Source: Lytechinus pictus (Eukaryota). From it: a stretch of 64,000 nucleotides of DNA. The notes beneath the pieces are model-generated. The model was not told the DNA's origin. It worked only from the letters and a program-made list of their open reading frames with translations, and ran no database searches. The position numbers and the translations under genes were made by a program. Below are positions 13,920-27,884 of this stretch, piece after piece. The stretch is from contig NC_087245.1 of the NCBI RefSeq assembly GCF_037042905.1, positions 15,874,001-15,938,000 of the forward strand, read 5' to 3'. The first letter of the stretch is position 1. The number at the start of each line of letters is the position of its first letter.

Positions 13920-16738
13920 GCGCCAACGGTGAAATGTTTATATTTCAAGAATTCATCATGTTATCATTTTTGTGGAGTTTTGCTATCAATGGAAATGAAT
14001 TCACATTCGCTGCAAAATCAAATTAATTTACCCTATCAAAATTATGAATCTTGTAATATAAAAAAAAATTAAACCCGATTAGACCACGAAGATATGCATA
14101 TTAAATGAATGAGCTTGTTAAATAAGGAAAATGAAAATGCAAATCAATGTACACCAAATTAGTGCCTTGTTTTATTACACATAAATATTGGAAACACGAA
14201 AATCAACATCCCAAAAACCTCACTCTATAAGATGCGTTTGTACATAATGGAGAGTTTACTAAATAAACACTTGAACCCATAACCATTAGCGTGGAAGTTT
14301 GGTTAGTGAAAAATAATGTCAGATGAAAAAGGAAAGGATTCACTTTGCATTCTACCGCTAGCTTCAAATGGGTACTAATCGGATTTTAGTGAGATTCACT
14401 GCTGCATGCCAGTCTAGATTGCTTTCTTGGGATGGCTATTCGACTGAGATCTCCTGACAGTTCTAGAACAAACATTAACTAGATGAGTCTTCTGAATGGA
14501 ATTTAAAGAAACAAAACACTTGACTTTGTCGCTTTTATGTATAAAGATCGGATATTTGCTATTTTTAGTCTACTAAGGTTGGAACCTATTTTAATTGAGA
14601 TATTTGGGTTATTCACTTTACTATACTATATACAAAAAAGGATTAACGTAACCGCGTGGGCTTTGCACGCGGGACTGTTTACCTTCACATTAAAGTGACC
14701 TATCTATTCTTGTATTTTGTTTCATTTACCTATTTACAAATTTACGAAAAATATAGTGCACGTGAAACGTTATTTTCAGCATTCTTAAAGAATTAAAACC
14801 GAAATAAACAAAACCTAAAGAAGTCCAAATCCGATTGCCCGAAATTTCTTCCCAAGATTACTTAGTTTTCTCAAAATCCTCAGGTTCCTCGTGGAAAATG
14901 CTTCTCTCTCTCTGCGTAAAAGACCCGCGTAGAAGGTTTCACATTAGTGCCACATTCACACTACATAAACCGATTCCAACCCGATCAAAGCTGTGTCCAA
15001 TGACATAATATATTTTGGGTTGGAGTCAATCTAACTGATTTGACAGTAGCTTTATCCTTCCCAGTCACTTGTCTGGAAGAAAATATCTAATATCAAGTAC
15101 ACAATATACTAAAGCACGTCATCATAGTAGTAACTTGATTAATTGTTTCATGTAAAAAAATGTTGTTGGAAAGTAAACCTCGAACTAAAATCATACAAGC
15201 AACTTAAAAGATTGAGCTGAGTAATCGAAGAAAATGAACTGACAACTTTCGTTCGGCTGGTCGGTCTAACAAACTATGAGCCTTATACATCGACTACAGG
15301 TTATTAAGATAATATAAAGATATGTGGATGTAAGATTTTTGTGTAAGTACATGGTAAAGTTTATATTTCCCTTTAACATGCAGGATGTTTTCTAAAACCT
15401 ACTCTGCAAAAATTACCTTTGAAATATTATTTCATGAAAATTATGAAAATCAAAACTTTTCGTATTCTTCATTTCAACCCTTATGTAAATAAATGTTTTG
15501 TACCGCAAAATCGTAAAATAGCCTTAAAATGTTTCTCTCGCTTTTATTATTGTTTCGCTCAGGCGTTCTAGTCATTCATGCGATTTTACTCCGATGAGTG
15601 CATGTCGTAAAGATTCCGTATGTCCGTTTAAAAAAAAACTAGTTATTGTGTTATGCTGTGAATAAATTGGTTTCAAACGGTAGCCATTTTGACATAAAAA
15701 TTAAACCAGTTTTTGCCCCCTCTAAATTCCTCGTCCCACGCTACGCCCCTGTCCCCTCTGATTGGCATAGAAGCCAGTATGAATGAGCAGCGTCACCGTG
15801 TCATGCCTGTTATCAAACATCAATGTGCCCGAATATTACGGATCGATAGACTGAACACGACACGGTCCACCCCGTGTGCTGTAGGCCTACGATAAAGACA
15901 GCGTTAAGTTGTGTCCACACTTGATGTTATAGATTTGAACCACTACGAATATCAGCCACCGTCAGCCATATAGATCAAACAAATTGTTCTTTTTCAAGAA
16001 ATAAAATCGCTGTCATTTCTTGCATAACATGTATGATGTAATTGTCACGTATTGTTTAATAATTTCTGTAAATTATTCGTTTCAAGATGAGCATGAGGTT
16101 TATTATAACCATTGTCTTTAGTTTTCTGACGGCGGGAAATGTGGCTGTGTGGATGAGGTTACAATGAGGAACCGGTCGTGCGTTCTATTTCGATAAGCAC
16201 ATTTCGTCTTGTCAAAACTTATCCTTTCTCTGCGTGCCTTCGATCTGCGACCAGAGCTGGATTGGAGAACTCGTGGCGGGAGACTCTGTTAGATTAACGT
16301 CAAATTACCCCCGGCGTTGCAACCGATGTATGCATCCACATCGACAAACCCTTTCATTTCTTTTCGGAGACATCACTGGATAGAAAATCACATCCATGTC
16401 AATATTTCTCGATGAATAAGAAGAAAGGCGATCATTACGCCTTCGAGACATATTTAGCCCTCGAAGAGTGGACTCTCCAGATTGTGATGTTTGATGACAT
16501 GTCATTTTTTTTTTTTTTTCAAAAGCAGAATACATTCGTGTGCATTATAATGCTTCATGCGCAAACTCAAGCCATTGCCCGAACCATCCATGTAAAGTCT
16601 TCATTTGTCACAGATCACGAGAAACTGCACTATAATAACAAAATTGTAAAAACACTAAAAACGTCATCGTCGTAATTTTTTTACACATTGTTGTAGCCGA
16701 TGCATGATATTTTTTTAACTGAATCTTGATAGTTAAAG

Positions 16739-18103
16739 ACAAGGCAAAAGCGATTTTGTGTCTCGCCCTTATGAAAATAACCAGCAATATCGTGATTTGC
16801 GAGGGCGCGCAACATAATTGTATCAAAACTTCATTGTGAAATGACTGGGATGGAATAACACTTGTCATTAGAGCCTTGCACGTAAACTTTAATGTTGACC
16901 TGAAAATGACCTTTGACCTTACCATGTGACCTCTGACTGCAGCATAACATGCAGGTCGCCTAAGTACATCTACCATCCAAGTTTTGTTGAAAAGTGACTT
17001 ACGGTTGCGGAGTTACGTGTCATAAGAGAGTCTTGCATGTAAACTGTAACGTTGACTTGAAAATGACCTTTGACCTAACCATGTGACCTCCGACTGCAGC
17101 ATGACATGGTCCCCCAAGTCCATCTACCATCCAAGTTTGGTTGAAAAGTGAGTTACGGTTGCGGAGTTAGGTGTCATAAGAGAGTCTTGCATGTAAACTT
17201 TAACGTTGACCTGAGAATGACCTTTGACCTTACCATGTAACCTCCAACTGCAGCATAACATGCAGGTCCCCAAGTCCATATACCATCCAAGTTTGGTTGA
17301 AAAGTGACTTACGGTTGCGGAGTTAGGTGTCATAAGAGAGTCTTGAATGTAAACTTTAACGTTGACCTGAAAATGACCTTTGTTGTAGCCATGCATGATA
17401 TTTTTTTAACTGAATCTTGATAGTTAAAGACAAGGCAAAAGCGATTTTGTGTCTCGCCCTTATGAAAATAACCAGCAATATCGTGATTTGCGAGGGCGCG
17501 CAACATAATTGTATCAAAACTTCATTGTGAAATGACTGGGATGGAATAACACTTGTCATTAGAGCCTTGCACGTAAACTTTAATGTTGACCTGAAAATGA
17601 CCTTTGACCTTACCATGTGACCTCTGACTGCAGCATAACATGCAAGTCCCCCAAGTCCATCTACCATCCAAGTTTGGTTGAAAAGTGAGTTACGGTTGCG
17701 GAGTTAGGTGTCATAAGAGAGTCTTGCATGTAAACTTTAACGTAGACCTGAAAATGACCTTTGACCTTACCATGTGATCTCCGACTGCAGCATAACATGC
17801 AGGCCTCCAAGTCCATCTACCATACAAGTTTGGTCGAAAAGTGACTTACGGTTGCGGAGTTAGGTATCATAAGAGAGTCTTGCATGTAAACTTTAACGTT
17901 GACCTGAAAATGACCTCTGACCTTACCATGTGACCTCCGACTGCAGCATAACATGCATGTCCTCAAGTCCATCTACCATCCAAGTTTGGTTGAAAAACGA
18001 CTTACGGTTGTGGAGTTATGGGTCATTTGGTTTGTGACGGACGGACGACGGACGACATTTGGATTCATAAGTCTCGCCTTCACCTCTGGTGGGCGAGACA
18101 AAA
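16739..18103 (-). mobile_element. Helentron-associated non-autonomous element (HINE/DINE-1-like) with internal tandem repeats, partly duplicated
   Basis: Sub-terminal inverted repeats TGTCTCGCCC (16759, 17450) / GGGCGAGACA (18091). Short inverted repeat GTCTCGCC...GGCGAGAC at 18071-18099. (GACG/GGAC)n microsatellite near 18036-18056. Small 3' hairpin CAAAA-GCGA-TTTTG. ~156-bp central repeats. Confidence 0.8.
16884..18020. repeat. ~156-bp tandem repeat units inside the HINE (7 unit starts, one truncated)
   Basis: Units start at AAACTTTAA(C/T)GTTGACCTG near 16884, 17041, 17195, 17351, 17575, 17732 and 17888. Confidence 0.9.
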
Positions 18104-20679
18104 TGAATTACCAAAAAACTAAAACCAAGCGATGACAAGTTTCCCTTGTTTTATTTCTTTACATTACATCTTTAAGCAAACCTTAGGGGGGAACACACTT
18201 TTCCGTTAGGATGTCCGAGACTATACATGGCTGACTTACCTTACTCAATGTTTTCAGCACATAACCTACATGTATTCTCAGTTGATATTCATGATCAATC
18301 GACTCTGAATGTGAGCTATAATCTCCAAAACCTTAATGGACGCATGATACGATTGCCTGGTGTTTATAATTATAAAACGCGTATTCATGGATGTATCCAG
18401 TAAGGCTCTTGCTTAGGGCCTTTCTTTTTCTTTATGAGAAAACGGATGAAATGACTACTGTGCGTATTTTCAAATTTTCTCTTTACTTCTCTATATTCCC
18501 ATCTCTTTGTTTTATGTCAATCGTACTCTGTATTAAGTAAATCTAAGAAAGTACAGCCTCAAGAAGGAAAATTATTCTCTGCATTTAATTGTTTTAAATG
18601 AAATCATTCTCTCCCTTTCCTCTCTTTTGTCATTCATTATTGCCTTTCGCGTTTCCTCCACTCTCTCTCTCTCTCCCCTACCCTTTCTCTATTTTTCTAT
18701 GTTTCCTTATTATGTGGTACATTCAAACGTCGAATTTATTTACACAATTATAAACAACTCTTCCGGCAACATCATGTTAATTTCCCACTGGAATATTATT
18801 GAGCTATTTTTCACAACCATTCCGTAGGCCATGGGATTTCATGTTATTAAAAGAAAGCCAAGTTATTAATTATTTTACAAAATTCTATAGAAGCTCTAAA
18901 TAAGTTACAAAGTAATGACGTAACAAAAATTGTGCGTCTTTAACGAGGAGTCAATTTACGTTTGCACATTATCTAACCAAGACTACATTAAATCAATTAG
19001 ATCGATTGATACAATACATAAACAATTGTTGTTGATAGTATCAATATCACCAATTTGCATACCGACCAATCGGGAAAATGTTACTTAATCCGTATTTACC
19101 CACATTTCATATCAGAGTTCAATGTTGCACTCGTCTGATGGCTTTATATGTGCATCAAAATTTGGGGTAAACTGACTGGGTCTTTAAGAATGAACTGCAA
19201 ATTTGTTGATGTAGAGTTTTACCCAATACAGTACGATACACCATGTTCATGATAATAGGTATCTCAAGAGAAAAGGAAACGCCATTCATCTCTTCTTCTT
19301 TACACCTGGCTAAGCCAACTAGTTATTCCCAGTAAGATTCCAATTAAAATCTACCATGTTACACTGAGGAGAAACGATAAACTACTTCAATCAAGCCTTA
19401 AATGACATCGGGAGACTCATCTCGAAGGGGCTAACGAACACTTACTAGATTAAATGGTGGTTGTTCGCAAGAATTGCGGTTTTTACTTTATACTACTCTT
19501 CCTTTATACATCTACACAAGAACATCAACGTGAGCATTTAAAGAGATCCGCCATGCCTGCAATGTTCTCTTTTTACATGTTTTCTTGTTAAGATTTGTTA
19601 AAATATTGTGTTTTAAAGTTTGTGTATGTGCTTCTTCTCCTTGATATCTTTCGTTTTTCTTTTCAAGTTCTAGAATGAATTCACCATGTTGGTACATCCT
19701 CTTACATCCTCTCATCCAATCTCTCATTCTCTCTATCCCCCTCTCTCGTATTCTCTCTCCCCCGTCTTCTTTCACCATTCACCCATGGGGGTACTCGGCA
19801 ATCACTTTCCGTGTCTACATGGCTATCGATCCCAAGATGCTGAGTAGTAATGTCTGACAACCCCCTTTCATTCAATCCTTGATTGCACCAAAAATGAATC
19901 ACGATGATTCCTATTCCTTTTCGTTCCCTATCATGTTTCCTTTCTAATCTTTACCCTTATTCTTCTTATGGAAGGGGGCTGGGAGACACCGACCCATTCT
20001 CTAGACACCTTGAAACACAACACAGTAGTCTTGCCTATCTTATTCAAATAATGACATCTGATATCTTGTGTAATTTGCTAACCAAATGGCCAAGGTGGCT
20101 TGGGTAAACGCATAGTGTCATAATCTTCTTCTAATGCTAGATAACAATGCGACGATACTCTGGAATTAGAATATCCATTTGTGATAAGAATGTGGTTAGT
20201 TCACGCTTCTGGCTCCTGAAAATCAGAATATCTGATAGACTGTAGTGTCTTACATGTACCCCAAGATTCTATGACGTGTTGTAATCTACTACATTTGCAA
20301 TCAAGTGTCCTGCAAAACAAGGACACTTCTATGAAAAAAGGATATTCATCTCGTATATAATTCACCTCCAATTATATGCATTTCCTTCTGTCGTTAAACA
20401 TTTTCTGGACTTCTGTAGCAAAGTAACCCTTTCATTCCTACTTTTTTGTGAATTTTTATTATTTTGAATAAATCAATAATTTCTTTCATTTGTTCATCTT
20501 TTTTTCCGAATGGGTTTTTTTTTATGTGTGGAATATCCCGAAAAATATTTTGCAGAATTACCTTGAACTGCTCTTATTAGGATTCTACGGATATCCTCCA
20601 TGTCAATGTCATTTTAATTTTAAGGTAGTAAACATGTAAATAATGAAAATATATTATATAAAAGAAAAGTTAGACTTAC

Positions 20680-20786
20680 TCTGTAAAGGTGTTGGCGCAA
20701 TTAAGCTCTGGCTTAAGAAATCACGTTCGTCATATATCCTTGGCAACGCAATCAGTTCAAGAATGTGTCAGAAAGTTAGCAAATAT
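20680..20786 (-). other. Candidate internal non-coding exon (107 nt)
   Basis: Acceptor CTTATCTTTCTTCTTCTTTATAG| and donor ACAGA|GTAAGT on the minus strand. Stops in all three frames. Confidence 0.55.
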
Positions 20787-22532
20787 CTATAAAGAAGAAG
20801 AAAGATAAGATTCAGGGAATCAACATCATAAAATAAGTCAAAAAAGTAGATTTTGGTAATACTGTGTGTTTAGAAAAAAAATGATTATAATGAGAAGAAT
20901 TAAATCATGGAGGTGGAAAAGGAGGAAAGTGGATGAGGCGAGGGCGATTGTTATCTTAAAAGTTTTGACACTAGAATAAGTGATACATGATAAACTGGTG
21001 AGTGACAAACTTTGCAAACACCGGAGATGTGTAAGAATAAGGAAATAATAAAATCACCTAAGCAATGACATTAATAACGGGACTCGTTATCGTGATCATG
21101 AATGTTTACACGTTTACACGACGGACGTTTACACATTGATATGACAGACGTTGTGTCTCTCACATCGTCCAGGTAGATAATTAATGTTCCATTTGAAGAT
21201 AAGTGGACCATTAAAACACCGTTATATTTGTACTGCGAAAGGTTAATGAGAAGTGCTCAAGCCAGTAGCAAATGATATGAACTCCGAGCCCCTTGGATCT
21301 TCGTTAATATCTTTAAACCGAATTTAAAGAATCATTAATCTCCTCTGAGATAAATACTCGTTGACATTAGCAATGCCGTCACCTTTTGCTATTCTTGACC
21401 ATGTTTATGGGGGTATAATGCGGTCCATTATTTCTTATAATGATCTCCATGCTTCTGGATTTTCGCCAAACTTAAAGATACTAATGAAGTCAGTTTTGCA
21501 CTTCTTAGATAATACAAACATCATGTCAATTTATTTGAAAACCTTCTGCGATTATTATTACTCCCGATTCCATTGTAAGAAACGATGAAACTATTGTATA
21601 AACCATACAGCCGGATGACTTAGCTTGAGTGAGTAGTTTTCCCCCTTTAATGGTTTTATTTTCCCGCACTTTATTTTCAAAATTGATAAAAATACAGCCG
21701 TGCCCATTATCAAACATTGTATGAATAAAAAAAAACACATTTAATGTCTCTCGTTTCTTTGATTACGAACATAAATCATACTTTACTGTATCATACTGTA
21801 TATGAATATCTTTTTTTTACAAGGAAATACAAGCAGGATTTCGATTCCTCGTGTAATCAGCATAAAGCCTCTAAAAACGAGTATCAAACATAGTGCGTGT
21901 TTTTTTTTCATCTCGTCACAATGCAGTTTAATTTCAGCATTCTTTCGTGTTATAATCCCTGGGTATACTATCAATAAAAGATGCCATTCAACCATCTGAA
22001 GCATAGCCTAGTTGTATAAATGAATTAAAAGAAGCATATTTTCTATAATGATATTCCGAAACATAATGCATATATATTTTTTTTTTAAGACTACTTAGAC
22101 ACATGATTTTTTGTATTGATGCCAAAAAAATGTTGTCTTTCAGAGAAATATGTTTATTTCTAAATTATAAAAAATATCTTATATATGCGGAATAAACTTT
22201 ATGCTCTTTCAAGTGGACATTGCATCTAGACAGAAACGTCTATTTCCCAAAGGCCTGCTGCTAATCCATTTATCGCTACATTATAGATATGATTATATCC
22301 CTATTTAATTCTTAAATCTGTTCCTTTATCCATTCAGATTGGCGAGCACCTGACCAGATGATATGCATTTTCGATTATTGAGGTGCGCTATACGACTATG
22401 TTCTAGTACAGGTTTAGGAAGAGTAACATGAATATTTTCTGACAAGTGTAAACCTATTATTAAGTGCCCGATTAGGATTTTCCTAAATAAAAACAAATCA
22501 TAGTATACAAAATTATCAAAATCATGGTATTG

Positions 22533-22829
22533 CACTGGCGGACCCGGGGGGGGGGGGGGGGGCACAGCCGGCCCATGCCCCCCCCCCCTTTGAGAGGTAC
22601 AATTCAAATTTGTAAGTCTTTTTTTTTTTTTTTTTTGCTCGTCAAATCTTTCCGTTGACGAAATGTCCGTGATGTTGCGTTGAAAACCTTTTTTAATTTG
22701 CTTGTCACTTTTTTTTGTGAACGAAATGTCCTTATTTTTTGTTGAAAACGCTTTTTTGTGGCTTGTCAAATTTTTCCTATATAGGGAAAATGTGCCCCCC
22801 CCCCTTTGGAAACCCTGGATCCGCCCCTG
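22533..22829. mobile_element. Poly-G/C MITE, same family as 13716-13919
   Basis: Termini CACTGGCGGACCC / GGATCCGCCCCTG. Shared 3' part GGAAAATGTGCCCC..CTTTGGAAA. Confidence 0.8.
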
Positions 22830-24479
22830 GTTACATGTATTCACTCATGGAAGCCTCGCTGCCTGTAATGCAATTGGTTTTGCAATTCCAATATACTAGT
22901 ATCCAACATCCACGTGCATAACACGGGTAAAGAGTGGCAGAAAGGGGTATATTTACTTTCAAAGAACGAATGAACGAACCACAGTATCCTGACAGTGCAA
23001 GCACGACGGTCAATACCTTATTATACTAAGGCTCAAACTGGCTCATTCTAAGGTATATTTGTCAGTTTAAAATAAGGGAAGCTTCTACAAGAAAATGAAC
23101 CTATTAAAATACTGATTTAAGTCCATGATTCGTATTATCAATTCTTGAGTCTCGCTTGCTTTCGTTCACTTTTTCGAAAGGGCCATTTCAAATTAATATG
23201 AAGGCATTATCATGCCAATAAACATTTTTATGAATCGAAGTGTATTGTATATTACACTCATGTTTGATACTTTGGCCCAACATTTATACCTTGCAGCATG
23301 ATGTATTTATAAATCTCCACATTAGTATAATAGATCTCTTTCTAATGATGATTTGGGTTAACAAAATGCTCCCCCATTTTTGAACTGTTATTTATTCATC
23401 CGTTATCCATCTATGGTCTTTTAAATTAGGACATGGTTAGTGTTTAGGAAGTATTCCGTATGAAAATAAAGTCAGAAATAGATACTGTAATCCTGGCAGT
23501 CTTTAAAGAAAATTTTGATACAACCTTAATTGCAAATGTAAATATCGCAAATTTTGATGGATGTCTAGGTAGACCGATTACAGTTATCTAAAAAATTATC
23601 CTAAGATACACTTTTAAGCCACATTCGCAATCAATTATGTAACTGGGTCACTATTTGAACGAACATTATGTCACTATGATTTAAAAACAGCTAAAGAAAA
23701 GTCGAGTAATTCTTAATCATAATAGATAGATGGTGAGTTTTGTTACTTTTTTTCACTACATGCAATGTGCAGTATGCCAGTGCTTGAATCAGGGCTTCTT
23801 ATAAAAGGTGTTGATACAAACAGGCATTAAATTTGGCCAGAAAATATTTATTACTTAAAGCAATATTTTACAAATTAAATATTTAGATTGGGCGTTACCT
23901 CGGTAACCATGTATCCAGCTCAATAGGGTTCATTTCGTATCAGGTTCTATAATGAACTCCTTTATTTTCATATATGTTTAGCGATTTCAAATCCATATAA
24001 AATGTATACTTACACACCATAATTCACATATACACCCCCACCCTACCCTCCAAGAAACTCTGTGCAACTCCAGAGCTTAAAAAAGAGGAGTCAGTAGAAA
24101 TTGTTATCTTTAAACAGCATGGTGGACTTAACTTTGTTTGGTTTAGTCTTTGGAATCTCCTCTTTGGATATAAGTGAAGGCGTCTCTTGCCAATCTAGTG
24201 AAATAAATCGATAGGGATGAAGTTTATTTAGTCAAGCTTCAGGCACCTCTCGGAAGTATACAAAAATCACTGATACTGAACCATGTTCATATTATCACTT
24301 CCCCAAGGCTTGCCCGACATATATATATGTAAAGTCACGCGAAGAGGTATTGGGTTGTTAAATAAAGTAGAACACTTAGGAGTGGATTAAAACTTTTTTT
24401 AGGAAATTATAATATCGTTTTAAGATTCAAGTTATTCGTCCTCGTTTATCAGACAAAATGATTGTTACTGTTAGTTTCA

Positions 24480-24820
24480 ATTCATTTTCTCCCCTAATAT
24501 CGTAATCTTCTTTTTCTTCTTAATTTTATTCTTCTCCTTCAGTTATTCTCTTTTTCCCTGTCTGTATTCTTATTTTTTCCTTTGTTACTTGATCTTATTC
24601 TTTTTTGAAAAAAATATTATTCGTCATATTAATGTGTCTTCTCCTTATCCCTTTTATTATTTTCTTCCTACTCTTATCTTCTTTTTTTCTTCATTGTCTC
24701 ATAAGTCTTGTTCTTCTACTTGACAAATACTTTTATTATCCTGTCCTCCGACTTCTTTTTCTTTACCTTCTCTCATCTTCATCTTCCTCCTCCTCGTTGC
24801 CCTATTCTTATCATTCTCCT
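24480..24820. repeat. Pyrimidine-rich low-complexity tract
   Basis: Degenerate (CTT/TCT)n run. Confidence 0.6.
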
Positions 24821-26324
24821 TAATTTATTTTTATTTTAAGAAGACCAAAGTATGTTGTATCTTAAGGTGGCTGCACTGTAAAGGATTTTCAAACTTTTCA
24901 AACATTTCCGTGATTAATTTCGGCGACGTACATGTCGAGGTTTGTTTCTGGAGCCTTGTCGTTTTTAGCAGAGTGAATATTAATATAGATTTTATTTTAG
25001 AAAATATATATATGGGGGGCTTTATAAAGCCTTCATTTTATGTTTGATTAAATGTCTGTTTAAATGCTTTTTGGCAACTGTCATACCACGTCATTGGGGT
25101 CGAAAAAAAAAGAAAACTAATGTCAGACGTAAGCTTTGCAGAGAGATTTTGAACCCCGTACCTTTGGTTTTACATTTAAGGCGCAGCACAAGATCAGAGT
25201 TTCTTTAAGTTATGATAAAAAAGACAGAAACCGTTCTGAATCATGACATCAATGAAATGTAGATGTATTAAGCATTATCCACCATGAAATAATAATGGGG
25301 ATGTTTAGTTACATTCTCGTCATGAATCTTGTCATGTTCGCAGTCACACATGACTCGAATCAATTATACTGCCCCTCGATAGAACCTTATAAACCGAGTA
25401 TACGTGGTCAAGTTCATAACTTGAACATACTGAAGACGTGTGTATTGACGTCTTTTAGATATTCATATCATAAACTGAATGAGATTTGCGACCGATTCCA
25501 ACGTTCATGGATCTTGATGCGCAGACAAAGATAATTGTGTTTGGTAATTCATGTCGGAAACTAAATTAATCTCATAAATCTATTTATTCAGTCTTACATT
25601 AATGCTATAATAATACATGCATGTCCATGGTTTAAGAATGTCACATTGAATCCCAATGCTAATGGTGGTATGCAGTGACGTAATCCGGCACGCAAAGCAT
25701 GCTGGGAAGAAAACACACTTCTTATTCCATGAGAGCGAAGATTGTGTTTACCCGGTTTTATGCAAAACTAATATTTTCTTGACATGAGTGTAATAGCGCC
25801 AATACAATTGAAAAAAGAGTAAACATGCGTTTTATATCAGACACATGAAATAATAGTAACTATATAACTTGAGTGCTATCAGACAGTATCTCCAAATCCG
25901 CACAAACCTGATGGGATCTCATTTGCACTTACAACAATAGGTCTAAGGGCATGTCTGAATTATGATATGACTGTGCATAGGCATCACTACATTTAAAGTA
26001 CTTTCCGGTAAACAACCTGGGTAAGTTTGATGAAATCGTACTCATATAGAAATGTGGTTATTCCTAATCGTTGTTTTTTCGTTTTTTTTTTAAATTTTGT
26101 TGTTGCTTGCCTCTATCTCATCACCGAATACTCCACCATAACCATCATCACCAATGCCTCCATGGCCTTCATCTTCACCATTGTTACCGTCATTCCCTTC
26201 ATTATCATCTCCATCTTCATTATTAAAATTATGAACAGGTATAACCATTCTGCTTTATAAATGTATTAATCAATTTAATGAGTTTTAGTTCGGGTTGTCA
26301 TTTTTTTCTTCAGGCTACCTGCTT

Positions 26325-26889
26325 CAGGGGCGACGGAGCGTTATTTTTCGTTTGGGGGGGGGGGCAAAGTAAAAAAGGGCACTTAATATGTCAAAGTTGG
26401 CATTTTGGTGCAAACGGATATGTTCACCATGAGATTATCATCTGCGTAGAGTTGGTGTTTGTTTTGTGGTATGTAAGTTAAGCAAAGCATTTCTTGATGA
26501 AATGTATATTCAGGCTTTAATTTTTTTCCGCGAGCGAGCGGTTTTGGAAAATTTCAAATCTGAAGTTGTGAAACTCATTGGCGGCGGAGCAGAGGATTAT
26601 CTATTGTGTTTTGGGGGAGGGGACGCAACAATACGCGTCCCCCAAAAAGCAAAAGATAATCCTCTGCTCCGCCGCTAATGGTGAAACTCGCTTTTTGGTC
26701 AATTAAAATGTATTGTTTTACTTGAAAAAAGGGTATTTCATTTGGAAAAAGTGCACATTTCATTTTGAAAAAAAGGTCATTTTCTTTCCTACGCGATTTT
26801 TAATTTTGTTCATTTTATATTTATTTTTTATGTTTTTTTTTTTTGGGGGGGACTGCCACTACCCCTGCCCCCCGGTTCCGCCGCCTCTG
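26325..26889. mobile_element. hAT-type non-autonomous element
   Basis: TIR CAGGGGCGACGGAGC / GTTCCGCCGCCTCTG. 8-bp TSD ACCTGCTT / ATCTGCTT. Confidence 0.8.
26576..26680. mobile_element. 105-bp hairpin hAT MITE nested in the previous element
   Basis: 27-bp TIR with one mismatch (CATTGGCGGCGGAGCAGAGGATTATCT). Perfect 8-bp TSD GTGAAACT at 26568-26575 and 26681-26688. Confidence 0.92.
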
Positions 26890-27831
26890 ATCTGCTTATA
26901 ATGACAATTCTTCTCCTGCAATACGCAAGGTTAGAATTATTTGGTAGTAGATCATATTTGTTTAGAATGACATTCTATTTAGTCCTTTATTTACCCTATG
27001 ATTCAAACCCCCAAAACAGTAGCAAGAACAACTTTGTTATGTACTGTATAATGAACAAATATATTATAGATGAATGTTATGAATGCAGAATAAAACGATA
27101 AATCTAATCAAATCAAATCGAAATCTATCTATCTATATATCTATCTACATTTTCCTGACTATTTTCGGGTCAATCGTATAATGTATACTAAATTTAATGA
27201 ATATTTAATAAATATAATGCCTAGTAAACACCCATCATCTAGCAAAAATTTTGACATTTCTGGCTTAATAAGATTGTGTACATGAACATTTGTAAAAGGC
27301 AAAATAATCTATTTCAGTTCGGTACTATCGTTCATTTCTCTCTTAGATCCAGCAAAGTCGTTAGAAATCCATTAAAAAAATGTGATTATTTGTTTGTACA
27401 CAACAGAACGACATGACTGATGAGCATTTGCTTTGCTTTAAATGATTGACGATTATCATATAAATTGACTATAATGAATGGGGAACATGCATTTATAAAT
27501 ATTGATGCCTGCATGTTTTAGGCTGGGATAGCATGATTGAAGGAATGACCTTTGATTTTTGTGTAGAACAAAGTAAACCAAAAATAAAATATGATAAATT
27601 TCTTATAAATTCACGACGCACAGAGAATGGTGCATTAGGTGAAAAAGATCTTGTTACAGGAAAGCCAAGCAACAAATTTGAAAATTATTTCAATTTCTTG
27701 ATGAGACCAATGGGAAACAATCCGATTTTTTACTGTAAGTATTCTAAGTAATATCGGGGTAATATTATTATGTGAGCAATATTGAACGATATTGAACGAA
27801 GTTTACATTTTACATAGTAATAATTCAATAG

Positions 27832-27849
27832 TATATATATATATATATA

Positions 27850-27880
<31 letters not shown>
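27832..27880. repeat. (TA)n microsatellite
   Basis: Direct reading. Confidence 0.95.

Positions 27881-27884
<4 letters not shown>

Noticed and set aside
16608..18135. ORFs of 60-122 aa in the tandem repeat region
   Set aside because: They are translations of non-coding HINE repeat units, with no Rep or helicase motifs.
18233..18245. Strong minus-strand donor TAAG|GTAAGTC
   Set aside because: I found no convincing acceptor or promoter partner, and isolated donors occur by chance.
22326..22921. 172-aa Pro/Gly/Lys-rich ORF, and similar ORFs at 13678-14072 and 54551-55041
   Set aside because: They derive from homopolymer runs in poly-G/C MITEs.
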